A stretch of 64,000 nt of DNA from an uncultured bacterium (GCA_964612675.1 CAZTDD010000015.1:6300-70299), one strand, 5' to 3'; shown: positions 29,660 to 39,227, counted from the stretch's first letter. The notes: generated from the sequence alone by a model not told the origin. Program-made: numbers and translations.

Positions 29660-29669
29660 ATACGAAATA

Positions 29670-29965
29670 ATCAACCCCCTCCTCTACGGCTCTCATGTTT
29701 GCCTTCGGCAAGCCATGAGATTCCTCCCCCGATCTTCCTGAGTTTTACCCAGAAGTCATCGCGATCTGTGACCCTAATAAACTCAACCCCACCCGAACCC
29801 TCCCCAATCTTGGGGAGGGAAACTGAAACGGACGCCGATTCAAAGCAGCACAGGTTTCTTTCCCTTCCTCCCCCGGTCTCGGGGGAGGAAAAAAACGAGC
29901 GTGTCGGCAGCGTTTTCTCCCCCAAAGGGACCGCGCTAGCGTGGCTGCAGTAAGGGGAGATTCAG
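29670..29965. repeat. REP/BIME-like mosaic repeat cluster
   Basis: Contains an inverted copy of the ...catgagagccgtagaggagggggttgat module (29671-29745), the palindrome ccctccccaatcttggggaggg (29802-29823), the palindrome cctcccccggtctcgggggagg (29866-29887), and the gggaccgcgctagcgtggctgcagtaaggggagattcagagggggtcga module. Confidence 0.8.
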
Positions 29966-30011
29966 AGGGGGTCGACTGGATCGTAGCAGTTTTACGAGAG
30001 GTATGCTCACT

Positions 30012-33000
30012 TCAGAAATCACAAAGCCGGGCAACATATTCCTTGCTGCCGTCATTCGCCCACGGGTCCAACTGATCGGGATCTTTTAACTGCTGGCCGC
30101 GTAAACGGTCGACGGCAAGAAACCCACAGGAGATATCCGGCAGAGCGGTCATGTCGCTCCAAAGTTTCTCGAACTGGGCCACCGGGAAAACATCCTCCTG
30201 CCCATGCCCCCAGCGCCGCTTCACATCTTTGATCGTCACATACGTCGGCATCCGACGGGCCATGCGGCGAACGGCGGCGGTGATCTGCTCCGGCGAACCG
30301 CTGAGATCCTTACGCTCCAATCCGAATCGCGCCAGAAACGCATCCACCTCTATCCACGTGGTCATCGAATTGTAGAATCGCAACCTCAGTTCATCCTGCT
30401 CACGCGGCTGCGCGAGCCCCTCCAGCAGACGGACTTGTCCGTTGACCCGCGCCAAGCCTCCTCCCCGATCCACGATTCGACGGGGTACCACTTCGAACGT
30501 GAGTTCGTTCTCCGTTCGCAGGTGATGTCCCAAGGCGCGCGGATTGAGATCCGCTCCCAGCGTGTCGATGTTGTGAAGCATAATCGTATCGACCTTCGGA
30601 TGCTCGTCCAGCAAACGAGCCAAAACACCGTTGCTGAGAAGATTCGGGACTTCATACCAGTGCCCCAGCGGACTCAGCCTCTGCAGAGGGATGTTGTCTA
30701 CATAGTCGCTTGCCTCGCCTTTCGACCGTGCCCACTCCATCAGGGCTCCTCGGACGGCCTCGCGTACTTTCTGCTTCTGTTCGTCCAGGATCTCCTGCGG
30801 CATCTCTTCCCATAAGAACAGCAAGTCCCGCACCATCGGGATTAGCCGCTGACCGATCGCCCTCCCGGGCGAAAGGTACAGCGGACCGCTGAATCCATAG
30901 GAATCGTTCAGAGCGAGATGTTTCTCAATCGCCTGATGTGTTAAGAAACTGGTCGAGACAATGTGAGGCAGAGCGGCTCCATACTCTTTCGCGGCACGCC
31001 GTGTTTTCGCCAGATGGATCTCCAGAAAGGTACGATGCTTCCCGGCCAGCCAGATGAACGGGTTAACCGCCTTCACAACCCCTGCCCCGGTCGTCCAGCG
31101 GCTTCCGACTCCGCCCGCCAGCGATAGAACAGCAACACGGCCATCCTGGAGTGCTTTCTCGCCGAGACGGGCGTCGTCCTTTGAATCGGAGTCGAGCCAC
31201 GTGACATCCGTATCGCGCACATCTTCAATCTCGGTCTCGACGGGCAAGCGATTGTGGGCCAGACCGATACGGCCCGCCCGCAGGTCGGACCGGATTTGTT
31301 CGTGTTGAACGGAATCGAAACCGTATTCCGCCTTGACTCGGGAGACCTCGGCATCCCATGCCTGCCGTTCGCTTTGACCGGCGGGGTCATCGGCGCTCAG
31401 TAAACTCGTGACCAAACTGCGCAGCAGCCGGTGGGTATCGCCGCTGTCGCGAACCTGGGAGGTCACATGGTCCAGCTCCGCCCGACGAGTCGATGAAATG
31501 GATGCGCGTTCCTGCCTGACCATTTCAGGGATCTGTAAGGCGTGGTAGCGAATCGGCATGACCGCGTCTTCCCCGATACGCAGCCGGGCAACGCTGCCCT
31601 CATGATTAGTGCGGAAATCATAAACCACAGGATCCATCGCAAACGGAATCGCGTCCTCGAGTTCACGTTTAGTTTCCGTCATGATGTCGAGGATCTCGTT
31701 ACGAAACTTGGCCTGCTGCTCGGGCCGCACAAACATCGCCATACCCCCGCCGGACATCCCCCCGAGCATAAGAAAGCCCCAGAAGTCCGGACCGAACCGC
31801 TTCGAAGCTCGTTCGATGATTGTTTCGGTGAAGTGATTGGTAACCCAAGGAATAATCGTGCGGAGCGGTCCCGTGAAGTTTCTGGTCGTGCTCGCCGCAA
31901 GCGCTTTTACGTCGCCGTTAGCAAGCGCCTTAAGAATGTCCTCGAAAATCCCGTGCAGAGCCTGACGAGCCTCCCATTCGATCTTTCCCCGCAGTAGGTA
32001 CTTCTCGGTGACCATTTCGAGAATCGGTCCGACGTTCTGAGCCATGCCACCGTGAATCAGGACCAGTGAGTTCGCCAGGCGTTCCGGCATTTCCGGATGA
32101 ATATCCTCCTCGCCGAGAAGTCGATGCCGTGGCAGCAGACAACCTTTACTGATTCCATATTCCGGATCACCCGGTTCGGCGGCTGCTCCGGTAATCACTT
32201 TGAGCCCGGGCCAAATCCCGCCGGAGTCCTGCCACCCGCCGCCCGAGCCGCCCAGCCACTCGCCGAGGATTGCCCGCGATGCGGCAAGACGCCTTTCCTG
32301 TTCCCCTAGTCCACCTTCAAGCGATGCCGTCTGACTTGTCGCCCGCATCAACGCAGCGATAATCGACGCCAGCAGGTTTGTGGACACAGCCAGACGCGAG
32401 CCTTTCGGGATGTCATTGACCTGCGTCACCAGCTCCAAACCCAGGCCCGGCCCGACAACACTTCCCAGAATATCTTCGATGGTCTGATTCGTACCTTCAA
32501 ATGAAGGCGGTATCAACCCGGACGCGATCACACCGGCCTTCAACAAACTCAGGTAATCGTTGCCGAAGTTGAAGAGATCGCTCAGATCGCTAACGTCTTT
32601 CGTTGCCTCCAAATCGATGCTGGTGAGTCGAAGCAGTGGCTCCGGGATAACACGAATGTACGTCTCGATTGGCGGCTGTATCTCGCGGTCTCTACCATAC
32701 ACTCCCAAATCAACCGAAATGTTCAGCACCCTCGCCCCCTCGGGGTAGTCCATCCCCAGGAAGAAGATGTCCGACCACCCACTGTGGCTCAGATCCAATC
32801 GAACGGGGGTGGTTTCGCGAAGGATCGGGTACAGGGTCCCGTTCCCGGGACGTTCCAGGAGCTCGCGCCGAATCTGAAGCGGATGATCGACCGAATGACT
32901 CACCCGGAACATCCACTGATTCCCTCGTGAGGCTCGGACACTTCGACGTACCTGATCCGCGAGAGCCTGGAAGGCGAGCTGGTGATAGGTCTCGGCAAGT

Positions 33001-33371
33001 GCGCTGCATATTGTGCCGTTGGGCCTCGTATCCTGTATCGAGGAAAGAAATATGGAAAGCGCCTCTTCGAAACGGCGGGACAACAAATCGGTATACCCTG
33101 CGTAGGGGATTTCTCCTGAATGCGTCACGCCGGAGGACTCTGTCAGATAAAATCGATGAGCAGCGAAGAGAAACAGGCTGGCACGGACCCGGTCATACAG
33201 ATTCTCGGCCTGAGAGCGAAACGTCTCCAGTTCATGGCAGGCCTCTAGCAGATCCTCTGCGGACATCCCTTCACACAATTCGCTGAACGGTCGGTCCCGG
33301 ATGTTCGGATCGGAGCTGGTAATCGTCTCGACAAACCGATTCATGAGCCCTCCCCCGGTTTGCCGGTGCAC
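30012..33371 (-). CDS. large bifunctional-looking protein: GHMP-kinase-like domain (fucokinase/glucuronokinase-like) fused to a C-terminal UDPGP-family (UDP-sugar pyrophosphorylase-like) nucleotidyltransferase domain
   Basis: 1119 aa. GHMP motif 1 PVRLDLSHSGWSD (nt about 32769-32807), motif 2 PKGSRLAVSTNLLASIIAA (about 32352-32408) and motif 3 GFLMLGGMSGGGMAMFV (about 31727-31778). The C-terminal third has a UDPGP-like G-loop VAVLSLAGGVGSRWTTGAGVVKAVNPF (about 31090-31136). The start overlaps the upstream GalU-like gene by 31 nt. Confidence 0.6.
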   Translation of the reverse strand: MHRQTGGGLMNRFVETITSSDPNIRDRPFSELCEGMSAEDLLEACHELETFRSQAENLYDRVRASLFLFAAHRFYLTESSGVTHSGEIPYAGYTDLLSRRFEEALSIFLSSIQDTRPNGTICSALAETYHQLAFQALADQVRRSVRASRGNQWMFRVSHSVDHPLQIRRELLERPGNGTLYPILRETTPVRLDLSHSGWSDIFFLGMDYPEGARVLNISVDLGVYGRDREIQPPIETYIRVIPEPLLRLTSIDLEATKDVSDLSDLFNFGNDYLSLLKAGVIASGLIPPSFEGTNQTIEDILGSVVGPGLGLELVTQVNDIPKGSRLAVSTNLLASIIAALMRATSQTASLEGGLGEQERRLAASRAILGEWLGGSGGGWQDSGGIWPGLKVITGAAAEPGDPEYGISKGCLLPRHRLLGEEDIHPEMPERLANSLVLIHGGMAQNVGPILEMVTEKYLLRGKIEWEARQALHGIFEDILKALANGDVKALAASTTRNFTGPLRTIIPWVTNHFTETIIERASKRFGPDFWGFLMLGGMSGGGMAMFVRPEQQAKFRNEILDIMTETKRELEDAIPFAMDPVVYDFRTNHEGSVARLRIGEDAVMPIRYHALQIPEMVRQERASISSTRRAELDHVTSQVRDSGDTHRLLRSLVTSLLSADDPAGQSERQAWDAEVSRVKAEYGFDSVQHEQIRSDLRAGRIGLAHNRLPVETEIEDVRDTDVTWLDSDSKDDARLGEKALQDGRVAVLSLAGGVGSRWTTGAGVVKAVNPFIWLAGKHRTFLEIHLAKTRRAAKEYGAALPHIVSTSFLTHQAIEKHLALNDSYGFSGPLYLSPGRAIGQRLIPMVRDLLFLWEEMPQEILDEQKQKVREAVRGALMEWARSKGEASDYVDNIPLQRLSPLGHWYEVPNLLSNGVLARLLDEHPKVDTIMLHNIDTLGADLNPRALGHHLRTENELTFEVVPRRIVDRGGGLARVNGQVRLLEGLAQPREQDELRLRFYNSMTTWIEVDAFLARFGLERKDLSGSPEQITAAVRRMARRMPTYVTIKDVKRRWGHGQEDVFPVAQFEKLWSDMTALPDISCGFLAVDRLRGQQLKDPDQLDPWANDGSKEYVARLCDF

Positions 33372-34333
33372 GTGGCAGCATCTTCGACCAACATCTCGGT
33401 CACCGCCGCAAGGACCTCATGTCGTTCGTCGCCCGCAAGTCCGAGGGCGACCTGTGCCCGCAAAAGACCGAGCCGCGCACCGATATCAACACGCCGCCCC
33501 TGTACCTCCAGCGCCAGATACTTCTCGCGTTGCGCCAACTCGGACATGCAGGGGGTCAGCTGATAGCCACCGTTCCGTTTATCGCCTCCGGAGAGTGATT
33601 CCTCCAATAGTTCGAAAATCCGTGGCGTAAGGACATTCATGCCAAAGATACAGAGGTAATGACCGGCTCGGAGCCCCGGCGTAAGCAATTCCAACTCCGC
33701 CTGGCTGATGGACGGTTTCTCGATAATCTTCTCAACCTGATAGAGACCGGGCTGGTCATGTACGCGCTTGCCGGTAAGTGTCCCATACCGGCCGACAAGG
33801 TGTTCCCGTGTGGGGCTGACCGCAGAGACCGAGCAGGCTTCTTTGCGAGCGAGGTCAACCAGCTGAGCGGCGCAGGATTTGCCGGGAAGAGTGGAAATAT
33901 ATACATGGTCGCTCAGCATCAGCAACATCGCCTGATCTCCAACGAAATCCTTTGCGCAGTGGACCGCGTGACCGAAACCGAACGGCTCGGTCTGGACGGC
34001 AAAATGAAGCCGTTGAAGCAGCTCATCGATACGTGCAGCCTGCAGAGCGGCCCAGTCGATGCCGTGATAGCCCTCCATCAGATTCTCGCGCAGCGCCCGA
34101 AACTGGTTCAGGTACTGAGCCTCGTCGCCAGGCGCGCAGATAACACAGATCTCTTCAATGCCGCTGCTGAGCGCCTCTTCCGCGATGATCTGAATCGCCG
34201 GTTTCGGCAGTCCGTCCCGGTCGATCAACGGCAGCATCGCTTTCTGAACCGTATCCGCCGCCGGAAACAGCCGCACACCCCGGCCCGCGGCGGTAATGAC
34301 CGCTTTTCGCACTTCCATCGCCGATACCTCCAT
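33341..34333 (-). CDS. GalU-type sugar-1-phosphate nucleotidyltransferase (UTP--glucose-1-phosphate uridylyltransferase-like)
   Basis: N-terminal KAVITAAGRGVRLFPAADTVQKAMLPLIDRDGLPKPAIQ matches the G-x-G-T-R nucleotidyltransferase (PF00483) signature. 330 aa. Confidence 0.8.
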   Translation of the reverse strand: MEVSAMEVRKAVITAAGRGVRLFPAADTVQKAMLPLIDRDGLPKPAIQIIAEEALSSGIEEICVICAPGDEAQYLNQFRALRENLMEGYHGIDWAALQAARIDELLQRLHFAVQTEPFGFGHAVHCAKDFVGDQAMLLMLSDHVYISTLPGKSCAAQLVDLARKEACSVSAVSPTREHLVGRYGTLTGKRVHDQPGLYQVEKIIEKPSISQAELELLTPGLRAGHYLCIFGMNVLTPRIFELLEESLSGGDKRNGGYQLTPCMSELAQREKYLALEVQGRRVDIGARLGLLRAQVALGLAGDERHEVLAAVTEMLVEDAATCTGKPGEGS

Positions 34334-34440
34334 GAATCCACAGGCTTCTCGTATAGTATGGGCTCGATGGTTCCACTACCAGAGCACCACAGCGCGCGAA
34401 CCGATGACGATTCACCCCGCTGCTCCAGGAGTTGACCCAC

Positions 34441-34467
34441 TGGTCCAGGAGTTGAACTCCTGGACCA
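34441..34467. promoter_or_regulatory. 27-bp perfect palindrome (candidate operator) in the divergent promoter region
   Basis: tggtccaggagtt-g-aactcctggacca read directly. It is preceded by a direct repeat of tccaggagttga (34423-34434 and 34444-34455). A TTGACA hexamer is at 34490-34495. Confidence 0.6.
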
Positions 34468-34545
34468 GCGGAACTGCCGCAAAGACTATTGACAGCGACG
34501 ACGGAATGACCGATGCTCCCGTAATCGTATTTAGGAGCGTGTCCT

Positions 34546-36360
34546 ATGGCGTTAACCGGTATCGACTACGCAATCGTTATCATCTACCTGATCGGAACTG
34601 TCTTGTTCGGTATCTATCTGGGTCGCCGGATTAAGACGGGGAAAGACTACTTTCTCGGCGGGCGCAAATTGCCGTGGTGGGCGATCGGCATGTCGCTGGT
34701 CGTTAGCGATATCGGCGCGATCGATATCGTCGGGATTGCCGGTTCCGCTTTCTTGTACGGAATTGTGATGGGCAACTTCGATTGGATCGGATGTGTGCCC
34801 GTTATGATCATTGCCGGGTTCATCTTTATCCCCATGTTCTGGCGGGCGAATGTAACGACGGTCCCGGAATGGCTGGGCAAACGGTATAACGTCGCCGTTC
34901 GCACGATATCTGCTTTGATTTGGGGGTGTTTTCTTGCCTGCAATCTAGGGATCATGCTGTACGCGACCGCCGTAATGCTGAATGTCCTGATGGACCTGAA
35001 TCCGAAGGCGGTCATAGCGACTACCGATACCACTGTAGCCGAGAACGCTATCGAGATCGTCGGACCCAAAAAGTACGACTATTTTCATGCGCAAACCGTT
35101 GAAGAAGCGATAGCGCTCATTGAGGAACACAAACCGAATTTCGTGTTGGTAGAAGAGGAATTCCCGTTACGGGAAGACCTGACCGGACAAATCGCGGGCC
35201 TGGGGATCGAAACAGAAATACCGACAGTGGATTTCGAATCCGAAGAGGCGCCCGTTTCTCTTTTGGAACGTATAGAAGCACAGGCCAGGCCGCCCAGCTG
35301 GCCGCTGATCTATTCAATTGTCTTGATGGGCGGGTTGATCGGTCTTTATACCCTTTGCGGCGGGCTGAGAGCAGTCGTGTATACCGATGTCATCCAATGC
35401 ATCGTGATGGTTCTGGGGTGTTTGTTCATTCTCTTCTACGGGATTCATCAGCTCGGTGGCCTCGGTGCTTTTGTCAGTACAATCCAACAGATGGGTGAGC
35501 GTACCGCGGATCATTTCAAATTGATCTTGCCCGCCGATACGGAGACACCGTATCCGTGGTCGGGCATTTTCCTCGGACTGGGCCTTGTGCTTGCCAATGC
35601 GTACTGGATCGGGAATCAAAGCATCGTCCAACGCTCCCTGGGTGCGCGTTCTGAGGCGGAGGCAAAGGCCTCGTATATGTGGGGCGCCTTGATCAAGGTC
35701 CTAATTCCCTTTGCCGTTGTCGTCCCGGGGATCATCGCGTTAGCGCACAATCCCCAGGTCACCGATGCCGATAAGGCGATGGCGACACTTGTCCGAGATT
35801 TGATGCCCACTGGAGTCCTGGGCATCTTTTTCGCGGCGTTTTTGGCAGCCCTGATGTCGAGTGTCGATTCCTGTCTCAACTCAGCGGCCACTCTCTGGAC
35901 CAACGACATCTATCGGCGGTTCCTGCGACCCGATGCAGACGATACGCACTATCTTGTCGTCGGACGGATCCTGACATTTTTCTTTATCATATGGGGCATT
36001 TTATTCGCGGAGTATTCAGCCAATTTTGAGAGTATCTATACGCTCATTCAAACACTGATGACCCTGTTCCAAGGCCCGAGCCTGGCAATCATAGTCCTGG
36101 GCGTTCTTTGGTCGAGGACCACCGGCATCGGCGCGCTTGTGGGGCTTGTCGGAGGATTGTGTTGCTCGAGCGGGATGTTGTTTGTCAACAGTTACGCCAC
36201 ACGGCCGCTTTTTCAAATACAAGATCCGTTTCTCTATATCGCGTGGTGGTCCTTTGTCTTCTCGATCCTGCTGACGGTTGTAGTCAGCCTGGTTACACCG
36301 AAAGAACCCCCTGAGAAACTGCGCGGTACGGTCTATCGTTATCAAGGAGGGAATGCCTGA
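34546..36360 (+). CDS. sodium:solute symporter family (SSS/SGLT-like) transporter with a roughly 100-aa hydrophilic insertion
   Basis: GIDYAIVIIYLIGTVLFGIYLGRRIKTGKDYFLGGRKLPWWAIGMSLVVSDIGA is the typical SSS N-terminus and at least 12 helices follow. A hydrophilic segment at about aa 145-250 (nt about 34981-35296) is not part of canonical SSS cores. Confidence 0.85.
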   Translation: MALTGIDYAIVIIYLIGTVLFGIYLGRRIKTGKDYFLGGRKLPWWAIGMSLVVSDIGAIDIVGIAGSAFLYGIVMGNFDWIGCVPVMIIAGFIFIPMFWRANVTTVPEWLGKRYNVAVRTISALIWGCFLACNLGIMLYATAVMLNVLMDLNPKAVIATTDTTVAENAIEIVGPKKYDYFHAQTVEEAIALIEEHKPNFVLVEEEFPLREDLTGQIAGLGIETEIPTVDFESEEAPVSLLERIEAQARPPSWPLIYSIVLMGGLIGLYTLCGGLRAVVYTDVIQCIVMVLGCLFILFYGIHQLGGLGAFVSTIQQMGERTADHFKLILPADTETPYPWSGIFLGLGLVLANAYWIGNQSIVQRSLGARSEAEAKASYMWGALIKVLIPFAVVVPGIIALAHNPQVTDADKAMATLVRDLMPTGVLGIFFAAFLAALMSSVDSCLNSAATLWTNDIYRRFLRPDADDTHYLVVGRILTFFFIIWGILFAEYSANFESIYTLIQTLMTLFQGPSLAIIVLGVLWSRTTGIGALVGLVGGLCCSSGMLFVNSYATRPLFQIQDPFLYIAWWSFVFSILLTVVVSLVTPKEPPEKLRGTVYRYQGGNA

Positions 36361-36647
36361 TGGCTGCACCAGTTACAGAGACACCTGTTCTTACTCCGAT
36401 CGCGGATTTCTTCGCGTCGATTCTCCGTGTGCCGGGTCAGATCCTTCGCGATCTGGCGGTTTCCATCGATGTGACCGTCGCCAAGGGAATCTTTATCGCG
36501 TATTTTGTCCTGTTGATCCTCTGGGTTTTATCGCTGCGGAAAGAGGAGGTCATTGTCACCAACGAACGCAAGGGAACAAGCGTCAGCCTGCGACCGTACG
36601 CCGTCCTTGCCCTTCTGTCGCAGGTGGTCATCTACTTGGTGTTCTGA
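36360..36647 (+). CDS. small membrane protein translationally coupled to the SSS symporter (possible accessory subunit)
   Basis: Its ATG overlaps the symporter TGA (cctgATGgct). 95 aa with two hydrophobic helices (IFIAYFVLLILWVLSL and YAVLALLSQVVIYLVF). Confidence 0.5.
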   Translation: MAAPVTETPVLTPIADFFASILRVPGQILRDLAVSIDVTVAKGIFIAYFVLLILWVLSLRKEEVIVTNERKGTSVSLRPYAVLALLSQVVIYLVF

Positions 36648-36747
36648 GCGGTGATGGGCATGCCTGTACTTGTCTGATCGAGAAGGTCGTATAGTCTCTT
36701 CGAGGCGCTTTCTGGTTTGAGAAACAGAATTGAAACACGGGAGCTCC

Positions 36748-38067
36748 ATGATGAATGAACGAGAACGAGATAGGCTAATAGCGGGTGTAAAGATAGTCTC
36801 TGCAATTCTCCGATGGCCGAGTGAGGAGGTGTATAAGAAGGTAGAAGAGTACAGAGAAAAAGAGAAAAAAAGAGAGGTGGAGGAATATCTAAAAGATGAA
36901 AGTGCCTTTGTCCGTCCGGAGATTTACTCTAATCTAATTGAACAGTACTACGGGCCGTGTTCATCAAACAAGGACGTCAAAAGATACGTTCTAAGAGTGG
37001 CGGACAAGAATATAGCGACTACGATTTATACGAAAAACCAGTTTGTCGGTCTCGCTTCACGACTGGGGGACAAGCCTGAGGACAGTCACGGAGAATTGGT
37101 GAACTCGGTCTCCACACCTCCCCTCGAAGATGAACCTGCAGAACACATCAAGGCATACGCTCCGAAAATCATAGAACGATTGGAAAGAATGGGCGTCAAG
37201 ATTTGGGACGCACCACTATACCGGATAATCGAGGATGAAATTGCAGGAAAGATTTACTTTCGCTTCGCGGAAACAAGATTCCTGACTTATCGTTATACTG
37301 CCGGCTTGCTTGAGGATGAATTGACCGACGCGCTTATCGAAAAGCAAGGCGACGTAAGTCGCGTGCTGGATGAGAAGGGCCGCGTCCTCAAGATCAGACA
37401 CGATCTGCTCCCAGACATAGGCTCGTTTACGGATTACGATTCGCGGCTCTGTTGCGGAGGAATCGGTGTCGTGTTTGCGTTGGCACGCGGTGAAGAATTT
37501 GGAAACGATTTCGTGATACCGTTGCAGATCAGATCCTCCAAGGTCAGTGACGGACGGGGGCGATTAGCTGTCTTGCCAAAAGCATTTCATCAGCCTGTCG
37601 TCGGAGACGACGCTGAAGCGAATGTCTTCTGGACCGTATTCCGCGAGTTGTACGAAGAAGTGTTCGGCGGCAGCGAAGTGGAGAAAGAAGCCACACGATT
37701 GAAGTATGACTGGTATGTCGACGAGTGCCCGCCGGTAAGGTATTTCTGGGAACATGACAACGTCTTCGATTTGGAGGTTACGGGATACGGGATAAATGCC
37801 GTCGGTGGGAATTACGACGTAGCTATTCTCCTTGCGGTAAAGGACACGTGGTACTGGGACACCTATGGCAAAGAAATGTGTAAGTCATGGGAATCGGGCA
37901 CGACAATTCTTGTATCAACCAAGAACAGACAACAGATCGAAAAACTTCTAACGGAAGGTCAATGGTCTAGTGAGAGCTTGTTTCAATTTGTCGAAGGAGT
38001 ATTGCGTCTAAGGCAAATAGACGAAACACGCGTTGATCTGCCGGATATGGAACGAACGTTAGGATAG
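36748..38067 (+). CDS. hypothetical protein with C-terminal Nudix-like fold signature (degenerate Nudix box)
   Basis: GGGAG RBS 6 nt upstream of the ATG at 36748. The N-terminus is a charged coil (EEVYKKVEEYREKEKKREVEEYLKDE). The segment VGDDAEANVFWTVFRELYEEVFGG (nt about 37603-37672) approximates the Nudix box Gx5Ex7REUxEExGU with one-residue indels, flanked by beta-strand-like GGIGVVFAL. Confidence 0.55.
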   Translation: MMNERERDRLIAGVKIVSAILRWPSEEVYKKVEEYREKEKKREVEEYLKDESAFVRPEIYSNLIEQYYGPCSSNKDVKRYVLRVADKNIATTIYTKNQFVGLASRLGDKPEDSHGELVNSVSTPPLEDEPAEHIKAYAPKIIERLERMGVKIWDAPLYRIIEDEIAGKIYFRFAETRFLTYRYTAGLLEDELTDALIEKQGDVSRVLDEKGRVLKIRHDLLPDIGSFTDYDSRLCCGGIGVVFALARGEEFGNDFVIPLQIRSSKVSDGRGRLAVLPKAFHQPVVGDDAEANVFWTVFRELYEEVFGGSEVEKEATRLKYDWYVDECPPVRYFWEHDNVFDLEVTGYGINAVGGNYDVAILLAVKDTWYWDTYGKEMCKSWESGTTILVSTKNRQQIEKLLTEGQWSSESLFQFVEGVLRLRQIDETRVDLPDMERTLG

Positions 38068-38114
38068 ATGTTCTCTGAAATGCGAAAAGACGGCCTTGCC
38101 CGGGTTCTTGTCTG

Positions 38115-39227
38115 ATGTCTTTTGAAATAGCAATCGACGGTTCGTCCCTAACGAAAGAAAAAGCCGGGATCGGCTTCTATCTGGCTCGGCTGCTCCAGGC
38201 ACTGGATAAGCTCCCCGGCGATGAACGCTACACAATTCTCTCGAACAAAGCGGTTCCCGAGCTCGGCCTGTCGGAACGCTTCAACACTGACGTTCAATCC
38301 ATCCCGAGTACGACCCTCTGGGCACAAACCTATCTGCGTTTCCGGCTGAAATCACTCAAACCCGATATATTCCACAGCGCCTCGATCGGTATGCCGCTGG
38401 GGTACCGGAAACCGTCCGTCCTCACCGTCCACGATCTGGCGTTTCTCCATTTCCCCCATCAGCACCAACTCACCACGAGAAACGCTTGGAAGTTCATTGT
38501 TCCTCGGTTGATTCATCAGTGCTCGCATATCCTTACAAACTCCAACTTTACGCGTACCGAATTGATCCATCATCTGAATGTACCTGGGGACAAAATTACT
38601 CCCACTCCACTCGCCCCCGACCCGATTTTTCAACCAATTTCCGACAGAGAAGAGATCCAGCCATTCAAAGAGAAACACGACCTTCGGCGTGACTACATCC
38701 TTACAGTGGGCACACTCGAACCGCGCAAAAACATCCCTTTCCTGATGCGTTGTTTTGCATCGTGCGTCCGCGACAACCGCATCGACGGCGACCTGGTGAT
38801 TGTCGGCGGCAAGGGGTGGCTTTACGATGAGATCTTCCAAACAGAACGCCAACTCGACCTCGGAGATCGAATCAGATTGGTGGGCTATGTCGGCGATTTG
38901 GAGGAACTGCGTAAGTACTACTGCGGATGCCGATTCTTCGCCTTTCCCTCGCTGTTCGAGGGCTTCGGATTCCCGCCGTTGGAGGCGATGAGCTGCGGTG
39001 TGCCGGTTATCGGTTCGACCGGCGGCTCCTTGCCTGAAGTCATCGGAGACGGCGGCCTGCTGCTGAACCCGGAAGACGGCATGGCATGGGAGAAGGCCCT
39101 GACTGAATGGTGGAACACCCCGGACCTTTCCCAGTGGAGGGAAAAGGCCCTGCGTCAGGCAGCTGGATTCTCATGGCAGCGAACCGCCGAACAGACCCTC
39201 GAAGCCTACAGACGAGTCGCAGACTGA
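38115..39227 (+). CDS. glycosyltransferase family 4 (GT-B, group 1 glycosyltransferase)
   Basis: 370 aa. The C-terminal EGFGFPPLEAMSCGVPVIGS is the GT4 E-x7-E region, and the N-terminal GIGFY motif is present. Confidence 0.85.
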   Translation: MSFEIAIDGSSLTKEKAGIGFYLARLLQALDKLPGDERYTILSNKAVPELGLSERFNTDVQSIPSTTLWAQTYLRFRLKSLKPDIFHSASIGMPLGYRKPSVLTVHDLAFLHFPHQHQLTTRNAWKFIVPRLIHQCSHILTNSNFTRTELIHHLNVPGDKITPTPLAPDPIFQPISDREEIQPFKEKHDLRRDYILTVGTLEPRKNIPFLMRCFASCVRDNRIDGDLVIVGGKGWLYDEIFQTERQLDLGDRIRLVGYVGDLEELRKYYCGCRFFAFPSLFEGFGFPPLEAMSCGVPVIGSTGGSLPEVIGDGGLLLNPEDGMAWEKALTEWWNTPDLSQWREKALRQAAGFSWQRTAEQTLEAYRRVAD

